DNA of 64,000 nt from Candidatus Kapaibacterium sp. (lineage in GTDB: Bacteria; Bacteroidota; Ignavibacteria; Kapaibacteriales; NICIL-2), in NCBI GenBank assembly GCA_026003495.1, contig BPHK01000001.1:940579-1004578 (forward strand), given 5' to 3'. The notes beneath the pieces are model-generated. The model did not search any database. It was not told the DNA's origin and saw nothing but the letters and a program-made list of their open reading frames with translations. A program made the translations under genes and the position numbers. Below are positions 25,046 to 35,126 of this stretch, piece by piece; position 1 is the stretch's first letter; each line of letters opens with the position of its first letter.

Positions 25046-27553
25046 ATGGACATTACCCGCTCGGGGCACATTGTGCCCGTGCTCTTTGAAGATGAGATGC
25101 GCTCGGCGTATCTCGACTACGCAATGTCAGTCATCGTTTCGCGTGCGCTTCCAGATGTGCGGGATGGGCTCAAGCCCGTCCAGCGCCGCATCCTCTACGC
25201 GATGAACGAATTGGGGTTGCTGCCGAATCGTCCGTACCGGAAGTCTGCGCGCTTGGTCGGGGAAGTGCTCGGGAAGTATCACCCGCACGGGGATGCCTCA
25301 GTCTATGACGCAATGGTCCGCATGGCACAAGAGTGGACCATGCGCTATCCCCTGGTTGATGGGCAGGGCAACTTCGGCTCGATTGACAACGATGCACCCG
25401 CAGCGATGCGGTACACCGAAGCCCGCCTTGCACCAATCGCGATGGAAGTTCTCCGCGATATTGACAAGAACACGGTTGATTTCCGCCCAAACTTCGACGA
25501 ATCCCTCCAAGAACCGAAAGTTCTTCCGACAGCTGTCCCCTTGCTGCTTGTCAATGGTGCGGAAGGCATCGCTGTTGGGATGAGCACGAAAATCCCGCCG
25601 CACAACTTGCGGGAGATTATCGCTGCCCTTCATGCGCTCATTGCGAATCCTTCCATCAGCGATGAGGAATTGCTCGAGTACGTCAAGGCACCAGACTTTC
25701 CTACTGGCGGGATCATCTACGGCTACGAAGGTGTGCGCGAGGCATACTTGACCGGGCGCGGTTCGATCCATGTCCGCGCTCGTGCTGCGATCGAAGTCGC
25801 AAAGTCGGGCAAAGAAGCGATCGTCATTACCGAAATTCCCTACGGCGTTACCAAATCAAGCTTGATTGAGAAAATCGCCGATCTAGTGCGGAACAAAAGC
25901 ATTGACGGCATCACCGATATTCGGGATGAATCCGACCGCGATGGAATCCGTGTGGTGCTTGAATTGCGTCGTGATGCAATTCCCCGCGTGATCTTGAACA
26001 ACCTCTACAAAAAGACACAGCTACAGACAACATTCGCGGCGAACATGATTGCACTTGTCGGGGGGCGGCCACGCTTGCTGACGCTGCGCCAGCTACTGGA
26101 ACTGTTCCTGGAGTTCCGCATCGAGGTCGTCGTCCGCCGCACGCAGTACGAGCTCGAGCAGGCAGAGCGCCGTGCACACATCCTCGAAGGATTCATCATC
26201 GCACTCGATAACATTGACGCCGTCATCGAGACGATCAAACAGTCAGAGACACCGGACATTGCCTCGGTCCGTTTGCAAGAACGGTTCGGGTTGAGTGAGA
26301 TCCAGGCTAAGGCAATTCTCGACATGCGTCTGCAGCGGCTGACTGGGCTCGAACGCGAAAAAATTCAGCAGGAGTACCGCGAATTGCTCAAGACCATCGA
26401 ACGCCTCCGCGCAATTTTAGCAAGCAAAGAGTTGCAACTCCAAGTCATCAGCGAAGAGCTCGAACACATCGCTAACAAGTTCGGCGATGAGCGCCGCACC
26501 GACATCGTTTACGATGCGCGCGAGTTCTCGATCGAGGACATGATCGCCAACGAGGACGTCATCGTGACCATCTCCCGCAAGGGAATGATCAAACGAACGC
26601 CGCTAACAAGCTTCCGCCGTCAAGGGCGTGGCGGGAAAGGTTTGAGCGGCGCCAGTACGTATGACGATGACTTTGTCCAGCACCTGCTCCGCGCTTCGAC
26701 ACACGATTACTTGCTCTTTTTTACCGATCGCGGACGTGTCTTCCGAGTCAAGGTCTATGACATCCCCGAAGGAGGACGCACTGCAAAAGGACGGTCAATT
26801 GCGAATATCATCAACGTTGAGTCCGGCGAGCGCGTCACTGCGTACCTACTTGTGCAAGGTGCATTTTCGTCGGATCGGTACATCTTCATGTGCACGCGGC
26901 AGGGAATCGTCAAGAAGACGGTGCTTTCGGAGTTCGAAAGCGTCCGCTCGAATGGAAAGATCGCCATCACGCTCAACGAAGGCGACATTCTGCTCGACGC
27001 TCGGCTGACTGATGGTACGTGTGACATCATCATCGGGACCCATCGTGGCATGGCATGTCGCTTCCGCGAAAGTGACGTTCGCCCAATGGGGCGGACTGCC
27101 GCTGGTGTCCGTGGTATCAAACTCGAAGAGAATGATTATGTCGTTTCGATGGTTGCCATCAAGCATCCGGATACGCAAGTTGTCGTCGTCGGGGAAAAAG
27201 GGTACGGCAAGCGAACGCGCTACCAAGATTTCCGCTTGACGCGGCGTGGTGCCAAAGGGGTCATTTCGATGAACATCACCGAGAAGACCGGTAATGTCGT
27301 TGCGCTGCTAGAGATCACCGACGAGGATGATTTGGTCGTCATCACCAAAAACGGCAGGCTGATTCGGCAGCCGGCGCGTGAGATTCGTCTTATCGGTCGG
27401 AATACGCAAGGTGTGCGCCTAATCCGATTGGAGGAAGGCGAAGAGATCGCCGACATCGCTGTTGCGCCTCAGGATTCTGACGACAACGCTGACGAAACCA
27501 CTCCGCTCCCCCCGGAGGCGAGCGATGGACTTCCTCCGCATAGTCTCAACTGA
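25046..27553 (+). CDS. gyrA: DNA gyrase subunit A
   Basis: 835 aa; N-terminus ...[28 protein letters not shown] with the active-site Tyr region; C-terminal beta-pinwheel repeats. Confidence 0.95.
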   Translation: MDITRSGHIVPVLFEDEMRSAYLDYAMSVIVSRALPDVRDGLKPVQRRILYAMNELGLLPNRPYRKSARLVGEVLGKYHPHGDASVYDAMVRMAQEWTMRYPLVDGQGNFGSIDNDAPAAMRYTEARLAPIAMEVLRDIDKNTVDFRPNFDESLQEPKVLPTAVPLLLVNGAEGIAVGMSTKIPPHNLREIIAALHALIANPSISDEELLEYVKAPDFPTGGIIYGYEGVREAYLTGRGSIHVRARAAIEVAKSGKEAIVITEIPYGVTKSSLIEKIADLVRNKSIDGITDIRDESDRDGIRVVLELRRDAIPRVILNNLYKKTQLQTTFAANMIALVGGRPRLLTLRQLLELFLEFRIEVVVRRTQYELEQAERRAHILEGFIIALDNIDAVIETIKQSETPDIASVRLQERFGLSEIQAKAILDMRLQRLTGLEREKIQQEYRELLKTIERLRAILASKELQLQVISEELEHIANKFGDERRTDIVYDAREFSIEDMIANEDVIVTISRKGMIKRTPLTSFRRQGRGGKGLSGASTYDDDFVQHLLRASTHDYLLFFTDRGRVFRVKVYDIPEGGRTAKGRSIANIINVESGERVTAYLLVQGAFSSDRYIFMCTRQGIVKKTVLSEFESVRSNGKIAITLNEGDILLDARLTDGTCDIIIGTHRGMACRFRESDVRPMGRTAAGVRGIKLEENDYVVSMVAIKHPDTQVVVVGEKGYGKRTRYQDFRLTRRGAKGVISMNITEKTGNVVALLEITDEDDLVVITKNGRLIRQPAREIRLIGRNTQGVRLIRLEEGEEIADIAVAPQDSDDNADETTPLPPEASDGLPPHSLN

Positions 27554-27574
27554 AGTTGAACGCACGGATACCAC

Positions 27575-28564
27575 TTGGACAGGCAGACGATGAGCCAAAC
27601 ACACCACACAGACATCGCAATCATCGGTTCTGGACCTGCTGGACTGACAGCGGCGCTTTACGCTGCCCGGGCACAACAACGAGTGCTTGTCTTCGAAGGC
27701 AATCAGCCTGGTGGCCAACTAACGATTACAACGGAGGTCGAAAACTATCCCGGCTTCGAGAAGGGAATTCTCGGCCCAGAGCTTATGGACATCATGCGCA
27801 AACAAGCGCAGCGCTTTGGAGCGGAGTCAATCTACGAACACGTCATTGATGTTCAGCTCGACCGCCGTCCCTTCGAGCTGCTGACCGATCGCGAACGCCG
27901 CTACACTGCTGATGCACTCATCATCGCAACCGGCGCGAGTGCGAAGATGCTCGGCGTGCCCGGAGAAGCCGACTACATGGGCTACGGCGTCTCAGCATGC
28001 GCGACGTGCGATGGGTTTTTCTTCCGCAATCAACGCGTGGCAGTTATCGGTGGTGGGGATACTGCGATGGAAGAAGCGCTCTACCTGACGCGCTTTGCCT
28101 CGGAGGTGACCATTATCCACCGGCGAGACGAGTTCCGCGCTTCGAAGATCATGCTCACCCGAGCACAGCAGAACGAAAAAATCCGCTGGATTACTCCGGC
28201 AGTGGTGGAGGAATTTCTCGGAGAGACTCTCCCGACCGGAGTCAAGCGACTGACTGCATTGCGGCTGCGCAACGTTCAGAGTGGTAATGTCTGGGAGGAG
28301 CCCTTCGATGGTGCATTTGTGGCAATTGGACATCAGCCGAACACTGAAATTTTCCGCGGTAAACTCGCGATGGATGATGCTGGGTACCTTGTGACCGAAT
28401 GCAAATCCACCCGAACATCAGTGGAAGGTGTCTTCGCCTGCGGGGACGTTCAAGATCACGTGTACCGCCAGGCGGTGACAGCAGCCGGGAGCGGATGTAT
28501 GGCAGCACTCGATGCTACGCGCTGGCTGGAATCGGTGCGTCATCGCGCGGAGGTCGCTGCATAG
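27575..28564 (+). CDS. trxB: thioredoxin-disulfide reductase
   Basis: FAD motif IIGSGPAG; redox-active CATCDGFFF; NAD(P) motif [12 protein letters not shown]. Confidence 0.9.
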   Translation: MDRQTMSQTHHTDIAIIGSGPAGLTAALYAARAQQRVLVFEGNQPGGQLTITTEVENYPGFEKGILGPELMDIMRKQAQRFGAESIYEHVIDVQLDRRPFELLTDRERRYTADALIIATGASAKMLGVPGEADYMGYGVSACATCDGFFFRNQRVAVIGGGDTAMEEALYLTRFASEVTIIHRRDEFRASKIMLTRAQQNEKIRWITPAVVEEFLGETLPTGVKRLTALRLRNVQSGNVWEEPFDGAFVAIGHQPNTEIFRGKLAMDDAGYLVTECKSTRTSVEGVFACGDVQDHVYRQAVTAAGSGCMAALDATRWLESVRHRAEVAA

Positions 28565-29768
28565 CTTGGACCGTTGGCGTCGAAACTTATGGGCGCTGTG
28601 GTCAGCCCAGATGCTTGCAATGATCGCGATGAGTGCGGTCATTCCGTTCCTCCCACTGTTTATTCGTCAGCTTGGCGTCGCCAGCGAGGTAGAAGAGCGC
28701 CAATGGAGCGGGTTGGTGTTCGCTGCACCATTCTTTACATCGCTGATCGCCTCGCCGATTTGGGGAGCACTTGCGGATCGCTACAGCCGCAAGGCGATGG
28801 TGCTGCGGGCCGTTGTTGGAATTTCGATTGCGCTGATTTTGATGGGGCTTTCGCGGAGTGTGCAGGAGCTGTTCTTCTGGCGGTTAGTGCAGGGTGGCAT
28901 CAGCGGATTTATCGCCGCTGCATTGGGGTTCGTAGCTGCCGAAACGCCACCGACACATCGTGGCTACGCCATCGGGGTTCTGCAGACATCCCAATCAGTA
29001 GGTGCGGTCGTTGGACCGTTTCTCGGTGGTCTCATTTCGCACTATGCAGGAATGCGCTCAGTCTTCTGGGTCATGAGTGCGCTCTGCGCTCTCAGTGCTG
29101 TCGTTGTACTCCTAGCAGTCGAGGAAACGAGTACACCCGACCGCTCCAGGAAGCAAACTCTCCAGCTAAGGGACAATCTCCGTGCAGCGTGGACGATTCC
29201 GGGCTTTGCTCTTGCGTTGGGGTGCATCGTGCTTGCGCAGATGGGGACGGTCATGCCAAGTCCGCAGATGCCGTTTTTCCTGGAGGAGCTTGGTGTCGGC
29301 GAGCAGCAGCTCCAACTCGTCACCGGAATTGTCGTCGGTGTGACAGGCTTGAGCACGCTCGTTGCAGCACCGTTCATCGGCAAGGAAGTTGATCGGCGCG
29401 GTGCGCGGACGATTGTGCGGTGGAGCGCTGCGGTTGCAACGGTGAGTTTGCTTGTGCAGGCAATCGCCGGATCGGTTTGGGTGGTCCTTGCCGCGCGAGT
29501 CATTTTAGGAATTGCTCTGAGCGGGTTAGTGCCAGCACTCAATACGTTTGTGAGTATGCGTATTCCCGAAGGGCGCCAGAGCGGGATGATGTCGCTTGCG
29601 TCCAGCGCGATGCTACTGGGGAACTTGGTCGCTCCGCCGATTGGCGGTTTGCTCTCGGCTCATGCAGGAATTCGCGTTGTTTTCGGTGTCGCATCGCTCT
29701 GCACTGCCAGTATTCTGGCGGTGCTCTGGTGGGTTCCTCGACGAAACGCCAATCGCCGAGCAGTCTGA
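28512..29768 (+). CDS. MFS transporter
   Basis: 418 aa with about 12 TM helices; the exact start is uncertain (the track start overlaps trxB by 53 nt). Confidence 0.7.
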   Translation: MLRAGWNRCVIARRSLHSLDRWRRNLWALWSAQMLAMIAMSAVIPFLPLFIRQLGVASEVEERQWSGLVFAAPFFTSLIASPIWGALADRYSRKAMVLRAVVGISIALILMGLSRSVQELFFWRLVQGGISGFIAAALGFVAAETPPTHRGYAIGVLQTSQSVGAVVGPFLGGLISHYAGMRSVFWVMSALCALSAVVVLLAVEETSTPDRSRKQTLQLRDNLRAAWTIPGFALALGCIVLAQMGTVMPSPQMPFFLEELGVGEQQLQLVTGIVVGVTGLSTLVAAPFIGKEVDRRGARTIVRWSAAVATVSLLVQAIAGSVWVVLAARVILGIALSGLVPALNTFVSMRIPEGRQSGMMSLASSAMLLGNLVAPPIGGLLSAHAGIRVVFGVASLCTASILAVLWWVPRRNANRRAV

Positions 29769-29794
29769 GAAGCGATGTGTATTTTTGCGGCAAT

Positions 29795-29868
29795 CGGAGT
29801 GTAGCGCAGCCCGGTAGCGCACACCTTTGGGGTGGGTGTGGTCGCGGGTTCAAATCCCGCCACTCCGA
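29795..29868 (+). tRNA. tRNA-Pro (anticodon GGG)
   Basis: Hand-folded cloverleaf: acceptor CGGAGTG/CACTCCG, D-stem GCGC/GCGC, anticodon stem CACCT/GGGTG with loop TTGGGGT, T-arm GCGGG-TTCAAAT-CCCGC, discriminator A; 74 nt, no encoded CCA. Confidence 0.85.
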
Positions 29869-29957
29869 CTGGTGGCGCCTGCAGCAATGCACGCGCCATT
29901 TTTGTTCGGAGGCTAACTTTGCTGCCGGAACATGGTTTCAGTTGGAGCATCCACGCA

Positions 29958-31907
29958 GTGAACCTTTCGCGTTTTGGTTACCTCCGCGTTGCAGCATGCA
30001 GTCCTGCAGTGCGCGTTGCTGATGTCGAGTTCAACTGTCGAGCAATCGCAGAGGCATATCGTGCGCTTCGCAGTGTTGGGGTGCAGATTGCAGTGTTTCC
30101 AGAAATGGCGACCGTTGGGTATACGTGCGCTGATTTAGTGTTGCATTCGCCCCTGCTGGATGCGTCCGATCGGGGACTGTACGCGCTTGCAACGCTGGTA
30201 CGTTCGCTCGGTGGTGTGCTCGCCATCGGTGCACCAATCCGTGCATGGGGCCGACTCTACAACTGTGCGGTTGTCATTAGTAGCAGCGGAATTGTGGGGG
30301 TTGTCCCCAAGCAATTCATCCCGAACTACGGAGAGTACTACGAGCAGCGTTGGTTTGCGCGACCGAGCGGGCAGCTGCCATCGCAGGTAGCAATCGCCGG
30401 CCAACAGGTGCCGTTTGGTCCAGGGCTTGTCTTCGAGGCACGCGTCGGTGAGATGCACGCAGCAACGATTGGTGTCGAGCTGTGCGAAGACCTATGGGCC
30501 CCAGCACCGCCGAGCGAAGCGTTAGCGTGCGCGGGAGCAGACGTGTTGCTCAATCTTTCCGCTAGCAATGAAGTGCTCGGGAAAGCGGACTATCGGCGCG
30601 ACTTAGTGCGAATGCAGTCGGCGCGGTGTATTGCTGGCTATGTCTATGCCTCTGCCGGTGCGGGTGAATCAACAACGGACACTGTCTATAGCGGCCACTG
30701 CATTATTGCAGAAAACGGCGTGATCCTCGGAGAGAATCGTTCGTTTTCGTTCGACACTGAGTGGGTTATGGCTGATCTCGATTGTGAGCGGTTGCAGTAC
30801 GACCGTCGCCGGATTGCGACGTTCGGACAGCAAGCGATGCCCCCGCTGCAGCGGATGCAAGTAGCAATTCCTGCGCTTGAAGGAGAGCGGCCTCATCGCG
30901 TCATTGATGCGTCTCCTTTTGTGCCGGCCAATCCATCCAAGCGCGCCGAACGATGCCAGGAGATAGCAGCAATTCAAGAAACAGCGCTCGCAAAGCGTCT
31001 GCTCCATACTGGGCTGCGTGCTGTTGTTCTCGGACTTTCGGGAGGACTCGACTCAGCATTAGCACTCTTGGTGAGTGTGGGGGCATTCGACCGACTCGGC
31101 TACGATCGCAAGGGAATTCATGCCGTGATATTGCCTGGACCTGGTACGTCCGAACGAACACGCCAGCAGGCTGAAGCACTCGCTCGTGCGTTGGGTGCCA
31201 CCGTGCAAATCATTTCCATCACTGATGCTGTTGAACACCATCTCGATGCTCTTGGTCACACCGGTGAGCACGATGTTCTCTTCGAGAATGCACAAGCACG
31301 AGAGCGCACGCAGATTCTCATGGACCTTTGCCACAAACACCACGCTCTCATGGTCGGTACCAGCGATTTATCCGAGCTTGCCCTCGGCTGGACAACGTAC
31401 GGCGGTGACCACATGAGCATGTATGGTGTCAACGCAGGCGTGCCAAAGACACTCGTTCGGTATATCATCGAGTGGTGGGCCCAGGCACTCGGCGATGCAA
31501 AAGCAAAAGACGCGCTGGCAGCAATTTTACAAACGCCGATTAGTCCAGAATTGCTGCCGCCCAATCCCGATGGCTCAATTGTGCAGCGCACTGAAGAAGT
31601 GCTCGGACCGTACCAAGTTCACGACTTTTTCCTGTACAACCTCATCCGCTGGGGATATGCTCCTGAGAAATTACTTGAGCTTGCGGTCTGGGCGTTCGAG
31701 GGGAAATACGCCCGCAAGGAACTGGACCAGTGGCTGTCAACGTTCCTTGATCGCTTCTTTGCCAACCAATTCAAACGGTCATGCTTACCAGATGGTCCCA
31801 AAGTTGGGTCGGTTGCTCTTTCCCCACGGGCGGATTGGCGTATGCCAAGCGACGCTCTTCCGGTGGTGTGGCTCGCCAGTGGCGGGGAAATGATGCCGCC
31901 GTCGTAG
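29958..31907 (+). CDS. nadE: glutamine-dependent NAD+ synthetase (nitrilase domain + NAD synthetase domain)
   Basis: Track ORF 29832..31907 overlaps tRNA-Pro, so the in-frame GTG at 29958 (VNLSRFGYLRVAACSPAV) is taken as start; N-terminal CN-hydrolase domain (VFPEMATVGY...) and C-terminal PP-loop ATPase (VVLGLSGGLDSAL). Confidence 0.85.
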   Translation: MNLSRFGYLRVAACSPAVRVADVEFNCRAIAEAYRALRSVGVQIAVFPEMATVGYTCADLVLHSPLLDASDRGLYALATLVRSLGGVLAIGAPIRAWGRLYNCAVVISSSGIVGVVPKQFIPNYGEYYEQRWFARPSGQLPSQVAIAGQQVPFGPGLVFEARVGEMHAATIGVELCEDLWAPAPPSEALACAGADVLLNLSASNEVLGKADYRRDLVRMQSARCIAGYVYASAGAGESTTDTVYSGHCIIAENGVILGENRSFSFDTEWVMADLDCERLQYDRRRIATFGQQAMPPLQRMQVAIPALEGERPHRVIDASPFVPANPSKRAERCQEIAAIQETALAKRLLHTGLRAVVLGLSGGLDSALALLVSVGAFDRLGYDRKGIHAVILPGPGTSERTRQQAEALARALGATVQIISITDAVEHHLDALGHTGEHDVLFENAQARERTQILMDLCHKHHALMVGTSDLSELALGWTTYGGDHMSMYGVNAGVPKTLVRYIIEWWAQALGDAKAKDALAAILQTPISPELLPPNPDGSIVQRTEEVLGPYQVHDFFLYNLIRWGYAPEKLLELAVWAFEGKYARKELDQWLSTFLDRFFANQFKRSCLPDGPKVGSVALSPRADWRMPSDALPVVWLASGGEMMPPS

Positions 31908-31991
31908 ATTTGCGGCGTGGGTACGAGGAGAGTCAACTAATCATCGGCAATGCCGATAGTTCTTATTACCGAATAACGGTGAAGGTGCTCA

Positions 31992-32714
31992 ATGAAACGA
32001 GCTATCTCTTCTCTGCCAACGGATGCTATTCGCGTGGCGATTGCCGATGACCACGAGCTCGCGCGTGTAGGACTCTACCGCATGCTCTCGAGCGATAGTA
32101 GCGTCGAAATTGTCGGCGAAGCTTCTGATGGGGACCAGCTTCTTGCACTTGTCGAAAAACAGAAACCTGATGTGGTTTTTCTCGACATCTTCATGCCACG
32201 CCGCAATGGATTGGAAACTGCGCGAGAACTGCGCTCACGTATTCCGACGGGCAAACCCTACATCATCATGCTTACAACGTTCGAGGACTATTCCTACCTT
32301 CAGCAAGCCTTGGCAATCGGAGCGGATGGGTACCTTTCCAAAGATGTCAGCCGCCAGGAATTGCTCTCGTCACTACGATCAGTGGTCAAAGGGGAGCGAG
32401 TTTTCTCGCGTTCGATTCTGGCGCTCATGCAGGGCATGCGCTCCAAACACTCGGCGGAATCGCTCTCAACGGTCACGCTGACAAAGCGCGAAGAGGAAAT
32501 CCTTGAGCTTGTCGCCCAAGGATTGACAAGTAATGAAATCGCTGATCGCCTCTTCATCAGTCCTCGGACCGTTGAGACGCACCGTGCGCATTTGATGGAG
32601 AAGCTCGGTGCAAAAAATGCAGCCGCACTGGTGCGTTATGCAATCCTGCATTCAATCTACTTTCCCGGTCACGGTCGCCCCTCGAATGCCTCCTCTGCGG
32701 AGAGCGCTTGCTAA
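31992..32714 (+). CDS. two-component response regulator, NarL/LuxR family (REC + HTH_LuxR)
   Basis: 240 aa; REC domain (VAIADDHELARVG...DVVFLDIFMPRRNGLE) and C-terminal LuxR HTH (LTKREEEILELVAQGLTSNEIADRLFISPRTVETH). Confidence 0.85.
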   Translation: MKRAISSLPTDAIRVAIADDHELARVGLYRMLSSDSSVEIVGEASDGDQLLALVEKQKPDVVFLDIFMPRRNGLETARELRSRIPTGKPYIIMLTTFEDYSYLQQALAIGADGYLSKDVSRQELLSSLRSVVKGERVFSRSILALMQGMRSKHSAESLSTVTLTKREEEILELVAQGLTSNEIADRLFISPRTVETHRAHLMEKLGAKNAAALVRYAILHSIYFPGHGRPSNASSAESAC

Positions 32715-32767
32715 AGTAGCTACGTACGGTGTAGGGCAGCGCGAAAGAAATTACGTAGTAGTACGTA

Positions 32768-33889
32768 TTGCTGGCCAGGAGGGAAACCGCCAAATTTGCA
32801 ACCGTTCTGCAGAGCACATTGCGTAGGCACTCGATGAGTCTGCAAGAGGCTAACTCTGACGACGAGAGTTTCACTCCTGAGATAGGTTTAGCGATGCGCG
32901 TTCGAGATCGGCGGTATCACGTGCTCATAGTCATTCTCTTGTTGATCTGGGGTCCCCCTCAAGGGTGGGCTGATGGCAATGTCGGCATTGGTACGACGTC
33001 TCCCGATACATCGGCATTGTTGGAGCTTCGCTCGGTTCGGAGCGGGCTGCTTATCCCACGAATGACGACTGCACAGCGGGATGCGATTATTCTTCCGGCA
33101 AAGAGTCTCCTGATTTTCAACACTACAACCAATCGCTTCGAGTACAACGACGGCACCCCCGCTGCACCGAATTGGGTGCCATTCCTCACCGGAAGTGGCA
33201 GTTTTTGGTCGTTGCAAGGTATCCCAAGGTGTTGATTCTGACGGCTCGGAATCGAGCAATTACAATCAAATGCATATTCACAAGCAAAGGTTCCGTCATA
33301 TGCAGTGGGGCTTTCTATGTCTGGCGCGATTTTCTCAATCGCGGCTCCCTTACCAACAGTGGGCTTATCGAGGTGGGGCAGCCATGAACCAACGGTTGTG
33401 CCAATGCCAACCCGAGTCTAATCCTGCCCGCTGGTGCACAAGGGCAACCCAAGCTGCTGCGTGGTTATAGAGCACCGGTCCGTGGTTTCTTCCTCAACCA
33501 TGCATCGAACATCGGCGGGGCAAGTGTCAATAGCAGCGGCGTCCTCGATCTCCGCGCGGATGGTCGCTCGGAATCTCCATTTGCTATCGTTGGCTCTGGG
33601 AGTGCAATTTTAGTCACTGTACCTACAGCGCGGCTTCGCATCGCGAACGCTTCGCAGCTCAATGTTGATGGTTCCAGCCATCTGGTCGTTTCGAGCACGT
33701 GGCAACCCGCGGCGTTGACCATTGACTCTGGTTCGACACTCCGTATCAGTGCAACGGGAACACCGGGACGCTTTTCGTTGCTCGACTTATCCATAATGGA
33801 TTTTGTGGGTATGAACTTAACACTGCACTGTTCCTGCTCAATGCGATGTATGAATGCGGCACTACGGTCCGCTATCGTGGATCGTAGCT
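32768..33889 (+). pseudogene. probable remnant of a secreted surface / fibre-like protein gene, disrupted by a frame change near 33200 and an in-frame TGA at 33385
   Basis: Frame-2 ORF 32768..33235 carries a signal peptide and the motif GNVGIGTTSPDTSALLEL...GLLIPRMTTAQRDAIILPAKSLLIFNTTTNRFEYNDGTPAAPNWVPF, which resembles the N-terminal modules of Bacteroidota tail-fibre-like surface proteins. Frame 1 then holds a 168-codon stop-free stretch (33388..33889) with beta-helix-like sequence (ILVTVPTARLRIANASQLNVDGSSHLVVSSTWQPAALTIDSGSTLRISATG), but with no start codon and no C-terminal part. Confidence 0.3.
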
Positions 33890-34316
33890 AACCCAGTCCT
33901 CCAGGCTACTGCTGCAGAGCCGAACCATCGCTACGGTATTCTCGAAACATAGGGAGGTAATAAGCGAGCCAATGGCGACGTGCACGTTGGCTGCGGACTG
34001 TTAGTCAATACCTGCTCAACTCCGCATACCATCTCGATGGTGATTATACGCTCACAGTGCACCATGCCGACACTGCTTTCACCACGATTTGGCAAGATTC
34101 TGCATTTGCTGATTGCCAGTCTCTGTCAGAGGTTCCTGGGCGCTTCCGCCATGTTTAGCAGCACGCGTCATCGTTGACCAAAGCACCAACGGTGCTGCTT
34201 AGAAATTCGCTGCAGATGCGATAGGTCCTTCCGCTGACAGGCTTTCATTTGCATTTGGGCGTGATGTTACGCTCGAGTATTAGGCTCGGCAGGAACTGGA
34301 GCTTCGGTCGCGGCAG

Positions 34317-35021
34317 GTGCAACATGCTGAGCAACTAGCGCTGGAAGCGAATGCATCGAAATCAGCATTCATACAGCGGCTAACGCGCTATCTACGTTCG
34401 TCGCTGGTGACTACGCTCGAAGGAGTGCACCACATGGTACTACAGATGGATTCCAGCAACGAGCGACAGACGCGTTTTGTCAAACTTGCCAATGAAAGCT
34501 CAGACCGCTTATTTGCCATCGTCAGTGATTTGCTCGATGTCGCTGGTGAACATTCTGTCAACGGTCCTGATACGGTCGAACTGGGACGTATCCTCCATCA
34601 GGCTCAGCAGACCTACCGCACATGGGGCGGAAGCTGCATCTTCATCGAACGGAGTGTCGAACACGGAACACGCCTTGCTGCCGAAGAACGCGTTGTCGCC
34701 GATGCATTTGCAAATCTTTTCGCTGCGCTAACCGCTGGGACGCGAAGCGGTGCGATTGAGCTAACGACAATTATCAATGCCCAAGAACAGGTGCTCGAAG
34801 TGCAAGTGCTCGCTCCGTATAGCCTCGAGGTTGCAGAGCTGATCAGAGTATTCAACCGCTCGCAGCAGCACTTGGTGGAAGCACTCGCACACGACCGCGA
34901 TGACATCCTCTTCCGGTTCGGGATTGCTGCATCGCAGATACGCCGCGTTGGCGGTACGTTCAGCGTCGAGACGCTCGGTCAGGAAGGGAATGTCGCCCTG
35001 ATCACTCTCCCGCTTGCATGA
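34317..35021 (+). CDS. truncated histidine-kinase-like protein (DHp + degenerate HATPase_c, no sensor or TM, canonical phospho-acceptor His absent)
   Basis: 234 aa, GTG start with an in-frame TAG at 34281; a HisKA-like helix reads EANASKSAFIQRLTRYLRSSL where SHELRTPL is expected (only later His are in EGVHHM); the C-terminal region GIAASQIRRVGGTFSVETLGQEGNVALITLPL matches the HK ATP-lid/G2 region but with degenerate D/G boxes. Confidence 0.5.
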   Translation: MQHAEQLALEANASKSAFIQRLTRYLRSSLVTTLEGVHHMVLQMDSSNERQTRFVKLANESSDRLFAIVSDLLDVAGEHSVNGPDTVELGRILHQAQQTYRTWGGSCIFIERSVEHGTRLAAEERVVADAFANLFAALTAGTRSGAIELTTIINAQEQVLEVQVLAPYSLEVAELIRVFNRSQQHLVEALAHDRDDILFRFGIAASQIRRVGGTFSVETLGQEGNVALITLPLA

Positions 35022-35126
35022 AAAAGTGGCGCTCGGGTCCAGCACCACGAGCGCCACGTACTCCATGACCCTCACACAGACGCTTGGCAAGCGAAGGGAC
35101 CGATCCTCCGCATGCCAATTTCTGCA

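Noticed and set aside
29832-29957. N-terminal extension of the nadE ORF (MGVVAGSNPATPTGG...)
   Set aside because: It overlaps tRNA-Pro(GGG) at 29795..29868; NAD synthetase homologues start near VNLSRFGYLRVAAC.
32716-32800. AT-rich palindromes (GTAGCTAC; TACGTAgtagTACGTA) after the response regulator as a rho-independent terminator
   Set aside because: Short AT-rich stems with no GC clamp or following U-tract; not convincing as an intrinsic terminator.
33385-33387. The in-frame TGA between the two halves of the surface-protein remnant as a possible selenocysteine or programmed read-through site
   Set aside because: No SECIS-like hairpin immediately downstream, and the flanking ORFs are themselves fragmentary; pseudogenisation is the simpler explanation.
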